From the IMG/VR virus record IMGVR_UViG_3300006213_002470: a DNA stretch of 20,000 nucleotides; one strand, written 5' to 3'. Shown here piece after piece: positions 8,207-15,726 of this stretch (its first letter is position 1; each line of letters opens with the position of its first letter). This DNA comes from an uncultured virus (IMG/VR IMGVR_UViG_3300006213_002470). Lineage: Duplodnaviria; Heunggongvirae; Uroviricota; Caudoviricetes. The position numbers were made by a program, and so were the translations under genes. The notes beneath the pieces were generated by a model. The model was not told the origin of the DNA and made no database searches. It saw only the letters and a list, made by a program, of their open reading frames with translations.

Positions 8207-9037
8207 CTACGCCACCTTTTTTAGGGCGTCAGTATAAGCCTCCAGTTTCTTTAATGCAATATCAAGAAGCTGATCCATAACAAACGTCTTGCATACCCAG
8301 TTAGGATCAAAATTGTCAAAACTATAATAATTGTAACCATCACAGCCAAGCAAAAAAACACCGTACTCCTCTCCATCACATTCCTTTTTCTCTTCAGCAA
8401 AGCAGACCCAAAACGGCATCCAGATATCATGCTCCAACCTGCTTATATGAAGATCTTCTTCCTTGCACACCGTCTGTATCAGATCTGCATCCTGTTTCTT
8501 AAGCGCATTATATGTAATCAGTTTCTCATTTAATAAAATGCCAAGATTAAAGTAATCCGTATAACGTACCGCCTCATTCACTAATTTCTCCTCATTCTCA
8601 AAGAATTTTCTCGCAAAACCTTCCACGCCGCATTCATCCAGAAATTCCATATACGCCTTATGAAACCGCTCCTCTTCCGAATCTTCACTGCCCCCGGAAT
8701 CACCAGAAACCTCAATGTCCCCACATTCATGTCGAAAACACATACATTTCCATCCGTTAACGTTGACAGCCGTATGCATAATATCCGACATCTCCTCGTC
8801 CCAAAAACAATAATCCTCTTGTGCCTCGTCATCTGCACCTACTAACCTTGTGGGATCATACGTTCTAACAAGCTCCGGCTGATACTTTTCCCAAAAAAGG
8901 TTCAAGTACCGTAAAATCAGATTGCACAGGTTAGCCCGGAGCGGGGACGAAGCATGATAATTACCCGTTATGTACTCATCGAGCACAGTATCATCAAACG
9001 GACAGGTATCTATTTTCAAAATATCTTCCAACGTCAC
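8207..9037 (-). CDS. Hypothetical acidic protein (276 aa), paralog of 9034-9825
   Basis: GTG start with GGAGG RBS, overlapping the upstream stop (GTGA). N-terminus MTLEDILKIDTCPFD. Confidence 0.85.
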   Translation of the reverse strand: MTLEDILKIDTCPFDDTVLDEYITGNYHASSPLRANLCNLILRYLNLFWEKYQPELVRTYDPTRLVGADDEAQEDYCFWDEEMSDIMHTAVNVNGWKCMCFRHECGDIEVSGDSGGSEDSEEERFHKAYMEFLDECGVEGFARKFFENEEKLVNEAVRYTDYFNLGILLNEKLITYNALKKQDADLIQTVCKEEDLHISRLEHDIWMPFWVCFAEEKKECDGEEYGVFLLGCDGYNYYSFDNFDPNWVCKTFVMDQLLDIALKKLEAYTDALKKVA

Positions 9038-9825
9038 ATTTTGTCCTCCTTGTTCATTTTAAATAATTCCATTGCATACTCCAGCAGTTTATCCAGCACT
9101 GCAATCCTGATGAAAAACAAACTATTCATCATCCGAAAGTTCACAGCGCCATCACCATTCCAACCTTCAAACAGGCCCAGTAAATACTTGCCTGCATCAA
9201 GCATGCAAAAATCTTCCTCGAATTTTATACATAACGGTCTACAGATTTCCTTCAGCAGTTCTTCAATTTTTTTATCCCCTTCCGAAAAAGCCAGCTTGAC
9301 TTTCCGGTAGTTTTGTTTCCTGAACTGCAGATACCATCCTAAATTATAATTCCAAAAAATATAGTATTTTGCATTGCTGCGATTTGGTTTTAGGATTTTT
9401 TTCATTTTTCTAACCAGCTTTGCCGCGCTTTTCCACTCTCCCAGTTGGCACGGCTCCGTATCCGGCAGCCGTGTCAGAACCTTCTCCTTGTATACCATAA
9501 TTCTGTACTGCCAGTTGCATTCCGTCATTACCTGCGTAAAAATTTTTCCGGCAAACTCTCCTGAATACCACTGCATGATATAGTTCTCGATATTCACGCT
9601 TTTATCCTTTCCTGACAAACAGTAATTAACAACCGGCAAAGAGACAGCTATATTCATATCCGCAATAAATTTTTCAATATACCGGTAAAGCAGAAGAAAA
9701 CGTACCCATTTTTCAACTGACAGATGCGATGATACATAGGTGGAAACCCATATCTTACTTATATCATATACCATTCCTTCATCAATCGGAGTCGTATCAA
9801 TGGCAAGAATATCTTCCAAGTTCAT
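9034..9825 (-). CDS. Hypothetical protein (about 263 aa), paralog of 8207-9037
   Basis: Start re-assigned to the ATG at 9825 (GGAGG RBS, ATGA overlap with the ThiF stop). N-terminus MNLEDILAIDTTPID. Confidence 0.85.
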   Translation of the reverse strand: MNLEDILAIDTTPIDEGMVYDISKIWVSTYVSSHLSVEKWVRFLLLYRYIEKFIADMNIAVSLPVVNYCLSGKDKSVNIENYIMQWYSGEFAGKIFTQVMTECNWQYRIMVYKEKVLTRLPDTEPCQLGEWKSAAKLVRKMKKILKPNRSNAKYYIFWNYNLGWYLQFRKQNYRKVKLAFSEGDKKIEELLKEICRPLCIKFEEDFCMLDAGKYLLGLFEGWNGDGAVNFRMMNSLFFIRIAVLDKLLEYAMELFKMNKEDKM

Positions 9826-10529
9826 GATGCCTCCTCCCTCGGCGTCCGATCCATTGAATAGCACTTGAACGCATCAAAGAAAACAATTCCGCCTGGCCAG
9901 TCATCCGAAAGAAACTTTATCGTATTAGCCAGCAGGATTAATGCTGCGAACTGGTTTGTTAAGAGATGCTGCGGTTCTGCCTGGTTCAAGACCTCACAGC
10001 TCTCCTCGCTCCTTTTTACAGCCCCCTCCTGCAGCACATCAGGAAAATAACTTGCCCTGTCAGGGTACATTTCCATCCCACCTATCCGCGATCCAATAAC
10101 GATTTCTCCCGACTGATATTCATTTGCACTATCCATGTAGATACAATGTTCCCTGTTCATATAAAAACTGTGCATGCTCTGCCTGCACTGGTGGTTATCG
10201 ACACACCCCACCAGAAAAACAAGCGAGTTGTCCCTCACAAGCTTTTCTATGTCCTTTTCGCAGTCAATATAACCGTCATAGTAATCCACGGAAAGACCAT
10301 ACGCCTGAGAAAGCATCTCAGCCATGACCTGCGCCTTATTATACCCTATATCCTGCGGCAAAAAAGCCTGCCTTACCAGATTTTTGTCCTCAACCTGATC
10401 ACCGTCAACCAGGACTATACGTATTTCATCGTTCCGCAGGCACCTGTTTCCATAAAGATATCTTCCAAGTTCCTTGATATAATGGCTTCCCGTGCCGCCA
10501 CATCCAACAATGACAATATCACTTTTCAT
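9822..10529 (-). CDS. ThiF/E1-family adenylyltransferase (PRTRC-type)
   Basis: IVIVGCGGTGS, LVDGDQVEDKNLVRQ, NKAQV, GCVDN...R, and candidate catalytic Cys in EESCE. Start at 10529 has a GGAGG RBS. Confidence 0.9.
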   Translation of the reverse strand: MKSDIVIVGCGGTGSHYIKELGRYLYGNRCLRNDEIRIVLVDGDQVEDKNLVRQAFLPQDIGYNKAQVMAEMLSQAYGLSVDYYDGYIDCEKDIEKLVRDNSLVFLVGCVDNHQCRQSMHSFYMNREHCIYMDSANEYQSGEIVIGSRIGGMEMYPDRASYFPDVLQEGAVKRSEESCEVLNQAEPQHLLTNQFAALILLANTIKFLSDDWPGGIVFFDAFKCYSMDRTPREEAS

Positions 10530-12270
10530 TTGTCTTATCCTCCATTTCAAAAACATCACTCAGCTTCAGCATTTTGTAATTTCCGGCAATGCCGGCACGC
10601 AGCTTATGGGTAATTTCTTTCTTGTCAAGGTTGCCAAATACCATAAACAGGCGCGTGCCTTTCTCGTCATTATCATCTATGGACGAAAAAAAGGCATTCA
10701 TGCTTCCATGACTATGTATATCCATAACCAATACTTTGTCATTTTCCATATCGTGGTTGCGCGTAAAAACAACACTTGCAGACGTCACTTGCTGTTCCGG
10801 ATAATATATTTCATACTTTTCCGTTTCCAAGTTATAAAAAATCTGCACGGCAGCTTCCTTGCGCGGATTTCTCTTAAAAAAGGCAACAACATCCATCAAA
10901 ATCCCATAAGGAATCTTTTTTTCCGTCATCCTGAAATCCACATCGGAACCGTCTTCCCTGCAGTCAAAACATCCATACGGCATCTGCTCAATTCTGTAAA
11001 CAGAACCATCACGCCCCGTTACAATAAAAAACCCCTGATTCTTGCGCACATTCATTATCTGAACGCCTTTCCGGGAGCCTTTGAGTACTGGAATAACAAA
11101 TCCCCTTTCGTCATAATGCATTTCTGTACGCTCTTTTGAAAATTCCGGATAAATGCGCTCTATCACTGTACGGATTTCTTGCAGCGTAGCCGACTCTGCG
11201 TTTTTCAGGTCTTCTTTCTCAACCATCATTGTAAAGCCGGATCCACGTACAAGAATAGGCAGGCCAATCCGTTCGTTGTCCATCTCCTTTTTAAACTCCA
11301 ATACTGGGAACAGCAGGTTAATTTCTGCATTATAAACGAACATTCCGTTTTCGTACTCAGGATGCTTTTTCCCATAAGTTTTACGGATTTCCTCTAAAGT
11401 CACCTGTTCTTTTTCCGCATTTCCAAAATCCACGCCAGTATACGTTTCCTTTTGATCCAGATATCCTATTTGGATAGGCAGGCTGTACTTCTTACCCTTG
11501 ATTTCGGTACCGCCTAACATATATGGGAACAGCAGGCTGTTTCTCTCATCATAACAGAAATGACAACCCGCATATTCAGGATACTCTTTCACCCAGGCCT
11601 CGCGAATTTCTTCAAGCGAAGCCTTTTCCTTTATTTCCAGTTCATATTTCCCGACTTTAACAGTTAACGGAAATGCGATGGTCTGATCCTTTTTTACTTC
11701 CTGATACTGGATATCCAGCTTGACCCAGCACCCTCCGCTCTGACTGGTTTTTTCATCTGTTTGTCCGTCATCAGATCCACCGCCTGTCTCCGCAGCTTCT
11801 TCCTCAGCATCCAGTTCTTCATCCTGCTCCTCGCCCTCATCTTCATTCCCATAATCTTCTTCAGACGCAGCTTCCGCAATGTCTAACGGTTCTTCTTCAG
11901 TTCGGTCTTTCTCATCATCCGCGTCTGTATTTTCCGCAAGCTTTTCCATTGTTTCATGCAGCCTCGTAAATTCATTGCTGAACTTTACAAGACTGAACTG
12001 AATACCGCTCAATTCAGGATACAGCTTACGAAGCTCTGTCTTTATTTCGTTTTCGCCCAGAGTCACTCCTCCAAACTGCTCATTCGTAAGCGTACACTGG
12101 ATATATCCGCTTCTGATCCGCACGGGTAACTGATAGCGTCCACCCTGCTTTACGGGCTTTTTTTCCTTCTTCGCTGTTTTTCCGCTGCCCTTTCCTTTTG
12201 CACCTTTCTTCTTGTTAGCCACATCCTCACTGCTGATTCCAAATAATTCTGCTAAACTGCTACTGCTCAT
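10519..12270 (-). CDS. Four tandem prokaryotic Ubl-like repeats fused to a C-terminal JAB/MPN metallopeptidase
   Basis: JAB motif E(KEAAVQ)...HSHGSMNAFFSSIDD. Four repeats of LP/FP...(S/T)LEEIR...(Y/H)PE...hhPh, the last ending GSRKG. The second ATG (12270) has better RBS spacing than 12276. Confidence 0.85.
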   Translation of the reverse strand: MSSSSLAELFGISSEDVANKKKGAKGKGSGKTAKKEKKPVKQGGRYQLPVRIRSGYIQCTLTNEQFGGVTLGENEIKTELRKLYPELSGIQFSLVKFSNEFTRLHETMEKLAENTDADDEKDRTEEEPLDIAEAASEEDYGNEDEGEEQDEELDAEEEAAETGGGSDDGQTDEKTSQSGGCWVKLDIQYQEVKKDQTIAFPLTVKVGKYELEIKEKASLEEIREAWVKEYPEYAGCHFCYDERNSLLFPYMLGGTEIKGKKYSLPIQIGYLDQKETYTGVDFGNAEKEQVTLEEIRKTYGKKHPEYENGMFVYNAEINLLFPVLEFKKEMDNERIGLPILVRGSGFTMMVEKEDLKNAESATLQEIRTVIERIYPEFSKERTEMHYDERGFVIPVLKGSRKGVQIMNVRKNQGFFIVTGRDGSVYRIEQMPYGCFDCREDGSDVDFRMTEKKIPYGILMDVVAFFKRNPRKEAAVQIFYNLETEKYEIYYPEQQVTSASVVFTRNHDMENDKVLVMDIHSHGSMNAFFSSIDDNDEKGTRLFMVFGNLDKKEITHKLRAGIAGNYKMLKLSDVFEMEDKTNEK

Positions 12271-12285
12271 AATCATATCCTCCTT

Positions 12286-12993
12286 TTATTTTTTCCATGT
12301 CATTAAATCTTTCAGGCACATATTCCCTCTCTGCTTTTTTATTGGCATAAGATATTCTTCTGGGAAATCCTGTTTGTTATGGAGCTGCTCAAATAGTTCA
12401 CGCAGCGGTATATCCTTCACTCCAATACACTTTTCTGACTTATACAGATCCGAGTTGCATGGACTCTGTATAAACAGCGTCATTACCATTTCCAGCCTCT
12501 TTATTTCCAGGATGTCCGGAAATACATTACTTCCCCAACAAACTCTCCCATCATCGTATACGTTTCCAAATGGATATCTGTAAAGCACACTATTCCCCGT
12601 CGGTTTATCATCTTTTAATACAAAAACCCGCGTTTTTTCCAGCCTGCCCTTATCCACATGAAACGAAAACACAAGTGACGGCACACAGACATCGTACTGA
12701 GTATTCTCATACTGCATCATCTGCATGCTTGCAGGTAGCACAGTGACAATATCCGCCTTTAACTTATTGTTTCTAATACCAACCGCACCGTTGTAATATC
12801 CAAACGGAATTTCTCCAATAGGTGTTAGTTCTACTGTTTCAACAACCGACTTTTGAAAAGCTTTTAACAGAGAGCCCATTTCTACCATTTTGGAATTTTT
12901 TCTTCCTTTCTCATCCGTAAATACAACATTGGCACAATCGTAACCATGAGAACGGTTAAAATTCTGATTCAAATAAATCGCTATATCCTGCAT
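12286..12993 (-). CDS. Prokaryotic E2 family D protein (PRTRC system protein B-like)
   Basis: VPSLVF...LYRYPFGNVYDDGRVCWG signature with the catalytic-position Cys, adjacent to JAB and ThiF genes. Alternative start at 12999. Confidence 0.85.
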   Translation of the reverse strand: MQDIAIYLNQNFNRSHGYDCANVVFTDEKGRKNSKMVEMGSLLKAFQKSVVETVELTPIGEIPFGYYNGAVGIRNNKLKADIVTVLPASMQMMQYENTQYDVCVPSLVFSFHVDKGRLEKTRVFVLKDDKPTGNSVLYRYPFGNVYDDGRVCWGSNVFPDILEIKRLEMVMTLFIQSPCNSDLYKSEKCIGVKDIPLRELFEQLHNKQDFPEEYLMPIKKQRGNMCLKDLMTWKK

Positions 12994-13013
12994 TACCATA
13001 CCCTCCTTTTACT

Positions 13014-13292
13014 CTACAACGCTCTCCGCTGATTATTTTTATAATCAACCAGCTTCGATGCATCAAAATAATCTTCGGCACACGATTCATAAAGACTCAA
13101 AATTTCCGGTGTCTCATGAAACAGGTCTGCCATTCCTTCCAGACTAAGTTCATTAATGACCCTCTTATCTCCTGCCAATACCAAAAATAATGTCCGAAGC
13201 CTTTGACTTTTCTCATTAAGCTGACCGATATCCACGGGCTTCAGCTTCGATAATTCCTTCTGAAACCGCTTTCCATCAATAAAAATAGCCAA
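13014..13292 (-). CDS. Hypothetical protein (92 aa)
   Basis: TTG start with AAAGGAGG RBS, tightly packed in the operon. Confidence 0.8.
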   Translation of the reverse strand: MAIFIDGKRFQKELSKLKPVDIGQLNEKSQRLRTLFLVLAGDKRVINELSLEGMADLFHETPEILSLYESCAEDYFDASKLVDYKNNQRRAL

Positions 13293-13308
13293 AACGTATC
13301 CTCCTTTT

Positions 13309-14265
13309 TTAGTGAATAAAATTGCAATAGTTCAAAACATAATCAAAGCCTAATCCTCCCGCACTCATAGGTTCCATAACAAACCTGTATACCTTTGGAT
13401 AATTTTCCCTAAGCCGCTGGTACCTGTTCGGCTGTTCCTCCAAATGGCATCCCATAGCGCAGTACATACAGCCTGTCCTCTGCTCGCCCGTATTGTAATA
13501 GGCTCCTTTTTCGCCGCAGATTTTACCGTATACAGGACATATCCTTAAATTATTTTCCACTGCATACCGCAGGATATCCTGCCGCGGCCAGAAACCGAGT
13601 GGCTGTGATTTAGGCTTATCTGCAAGATACACGTTGCACCCTGTCCGGTTATACTGTCTCTGCCTCATAAAACCTTCATCCTGCGTGATCCCTATGTATG
13701 GCACCCGTCCGGTTCTTTTTCCATATTCAGTCAACGGTTTTTCCTTCATGACTATGCAGCAATATTCGCTTATATCAAACGGCGCATCTATAAGGAATTT
13801 CCAGCATTCAGACAGCTTACCAAGCTTCCCCCGTTCATCTCCATGCAAAAGGTAATTCCGGTAGCGCTCTGACAGGTTTCCATGCCTGAGCTTTCGTATC
13901 TTTGCAGCAACTTCCTTACTGATTAACGGATAGCCATAAGTAAGCAGGACATCTTTAAAATTCATTTCCGGATACAGGATTTCCACATCATAAAAACTAC
14001 GGACAAACTCCCGTATCTGAGGGAATTCTAAGCCTGTATCCACAAAAACCTTTGGTATGGACCGGTCCAGAACCCTCTCCACCATATGCACCAGCACCGT
14101 TGAATCCAGGCCGCCGGAAAAACTGATATACACATCTCCGCCATAATATTCATACCATTGCCGTATCCGTGTAGCAGAGAGCCTCAGCTTTATCTCATAT
14201 GGCAGATATTTTCGCTGACTGAACTCCCAATCCTGCAGTTTCAAATCTTTGTCCATGATATACAT
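13309..14265 (-). CDS. PAPS-reductase-family (PP-loop) protein, phage/mobile-element type
   Basis: ISFSGGLDS PP-loop, VFVDTGLEFP, CC..MKEKP and RTGCMYC (Fe-S Cys pattern). Confidence 0.85.
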   Translation of the reverse strand: MYIMDKDLKLQDWEFSQRKYLPYEIKLRLSATRIRQWYEYYGGDVYISFSGGLDSTVLVHMVERVLDRSIPKVFVDTGLEFPQIREFVRSFYDVEILYPEMNFKDVLLTYGYPLISKEVAAKIRKLRHGNLSERYRNYLLHGDERGKLGKLSECWKFLIDAPFDISEYCCIVMKEKPLTEYGKRTGRVPYIGITQDEGFMRQRQYNRTGCNVYLADKPKSQPLGFWPRQDILRYAVENNLRICPVYGKICGEKGAYYNTGEQRTGCMYCAMGCHLEEQPNRYQRLRENYPKVYRFVMEPMSAGGLGFDYVLNYCNFIH

Positions 14266-14269
14266 TTTC

Positions 14270-14728
14270 TTACACCCTTTTTCTAGCTAAAAAGCTGAAA
14301 TCAATCTCCTTTTGCAAAAATAAAAGAATGTAAATACCTACTTCATAAATGAACAGGTTCACCCTGTTGCTATGATAGTTTTGTATCCACATTCCTGCTA
14401 TCCGGGCAGCATCTTCCGCGTTGCCCACAATTTTCCCTTGCTCCAGCCGGCATCCTTTCATTGTAATCTTCTCTGCAATGTCAAACCCGGCATATTTCGT
14501 CTCCATTCGTTCGCGGTAATACTTCATCAGTTCCTCCGCCTCGCTTAAATTTTCAAGCAATATCACCGCTTCCATTTCATCAATGCAGAGCCCGTCTTCC
14601 ACATCCTCCGCCAACTGCATTGCCGCAATCAGGTACAGCACATAGAGCGCATAAGCGTAATGATAGTTGACATATACATCAAACGGCTCTATCCCATGCT
14701 TTCTAAAAAACTGACTTCCTTTCATCAT
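14270..14728 (-). CDS. Hypothetical protein (152 aa)
   Basis: ATGA overlap with the upstream stop and 4 bp gap to the next gene. Confidence 0.8.
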   Translation of the reverse strand: MMKGSQFFRKHGIEPFDVYVNYHYAYALYVLYLIAAMQLAEDVEDGLCIDEMEAVILLENLSEAEELMKYYRERMETKYAGFDIAEKITMKGCRLEQGKIVGNAEDAARIAGMWIQNYHSNRVNLFIYEVGIYILLFLQKEIDFSFLARKRV

Positions 14729-15450
14729 GCTGCGCCTTTCTTGTCAAATGAAACAAATTCCAGCTGCATACTCCCGCGGTATTCTTTGCGTATCCCGCGA
14801 AAAGTCATTTCATTCAGTTTTTGCCCAATCTGAAATTTTTCACCGTATGCTTTTTGGAGATCATCCCACTGCTTTTTCCAAATGAAAAGCTCGAGTGTTT
14901 CCCCATCACAACATACTTTCGCCTTGACACCGCCCTTCGGCAAGGCTTTAAAAGGCTCCATGACCGTCACTTTCACGACCACTTCTTTCTGCGGTTCCCG
15001 ACCGGGCTGCCGAGATCCGGTTGACGCTTTTCCTTTCATGCCAATCCCGAACCTTTTTGCACATCGTTTAAAAACATCCTGCACTGCAGAGTCAACCGAA
15101 TTTGCAACAGATGTTGGACGTGTTGATTCTTTGGGATAGATGACATCTGCCGCCCCGCTGGTACTGCGCACAATAGGTACACGCTCGTCATCATAGATAC
15201 TGAGTTTTCCGCTTGCAATGCAGCTTTCAAATCCATCAGATCCGAAACTGTACACCTGGACGGGGGCTATGAGTTCAAAGTCCCAATTTCCCATACCCAC
15301 CACGTTATTCAGGCGCTCTTCAATCTTTTCAACCGGTATGTACGCCATTCCTGTTGACGGATGCTTTTTTACCGCATCTGAAGGAAATTCCGCCTGAAGC
15401 TTTTCCCATACTTCTCGTATGGGCATTCCATTTACTGTTCTTTCTTTCAA
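14725..15450 (-). CDS. Rad52/Rad22 (Sak-like) single-strand annealing protein with a probable C-terminal OB fold
   Basis: LQAEFP..., AYIP...IEERLNNVVG..NW, SAVQDVFKRCAKRFGIG. C-terminal GxxxEYRGxxQL beta-rich domain. Start re-assigned to the TTG at 15450 (AAAGGAGG RBS). Confidence 0.85.
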   Translation of the reverse strand: MKERTVNGMPIREVWEKLQAEFPSDAVKKHPSTGMAYIPVEKIEERLNNVVGMGNWDFELIAPVQVYSFGSDGFESCIASGKLSIYDDERVPIVRSTSGAADVIYPKESTRPTSVANSVDSAVQDVFKRCAKRFGIGMKGKASTGSRQPGREPQKEVVVKVTVMEPFKALPKGGVKAKVCCDGETLELFIWKKQWDDLQKAYGEKFQIGQKLNEMTFRGIRKEYRGSMQLEFVSFDKKGAA

Positions 15451-15479
15451 GATAATCCTCCTTTTATAAAATTTTTCAT

Positions 15480-15510
15480 AAAAAAAGCGCCTACAGTAAC
15501 CTGTAGACGC
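15480..15510 (-). terminator. Leader intrinsic terminator of the large operon
   Basis: GCGTCTACAG-GTTA-CTGTAGGCGC followed by TTTTTTT, between the promoter and the first gene. Confidence 0.8.
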
Positions 15511-15546
15511 AATATTTTTATGATGCACCCTTATCATACACAAAAA

Positions 15547-15565
15547 GACCTGTTTCCAGGAATTT
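15547..15565 (-). promoter_or_regulatory. Conserved leader GNRA hairpin, copy 2
   Basis: AAATT-CCTG-GAAA-CAGG-TC on a basal stem ACAGAGGGA/TCTTTTTGT. Confidence 0.6.
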
Positions 15566-15618
15566 AATCCCTCTGTCAGCATACGCTGGCGGTGTGAATA
15601 ATAAAGAATGTTTAGGAT

Positions 15619-15647
15619 ATTATATTATAAGTTGGTTAGGTTGTCAA
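15619..15647 (-). promoter_or_regulatory. Sigma-A/70 promoter of the large operon
   Basis: Perfect TTGACA-N17-TATAAT on the minus strand. Confidence 0.85.
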
Positions 15648-15678
15648 AGAATTTTGTTCATTCAGTTACGACTGAAAA

Positions 15679-15726
15679 TGAAGCTCCCCCGCAGCTCTGC
15701 TGCGAAGAATTAGCCCCTGATAGATT
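15679..15726. repeat. Short GC-rich palindromic element, possibly an IS200/IS605-derived (PATE/REP-like) relic
   Basis: Minus strand AATCTATCAGGGGCTAATTCTTCGCAGCAGAGCTGCGGGGGAGCTTCA: a hairpin ending in TTCA that abuts the lipoprotein stop codon. The resemblance to IS200/IS605 ends is from recall only. Confidence 0.3.

Noticed and set aside
9822..12993. CBASS type II (Cap2/Cap3) or Bil anti-phage system
   Set aside because: No CD-NTase or effector is present. The E2 has the family D (PRTRC-B) signature and the context is an element backbone operon.
13309..14265. Housekeeping cysH (sulfate assimilation)
   Set aside because: No cys genes are nearby, and the sequence looks like the phage/mobile-element type.
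15451..15582. N-terminal extension of the Rad52-like ORF
   Set aside because: It overlaps the leader hairpins and terminator. A strong RBS precedes the TTG at 15450.
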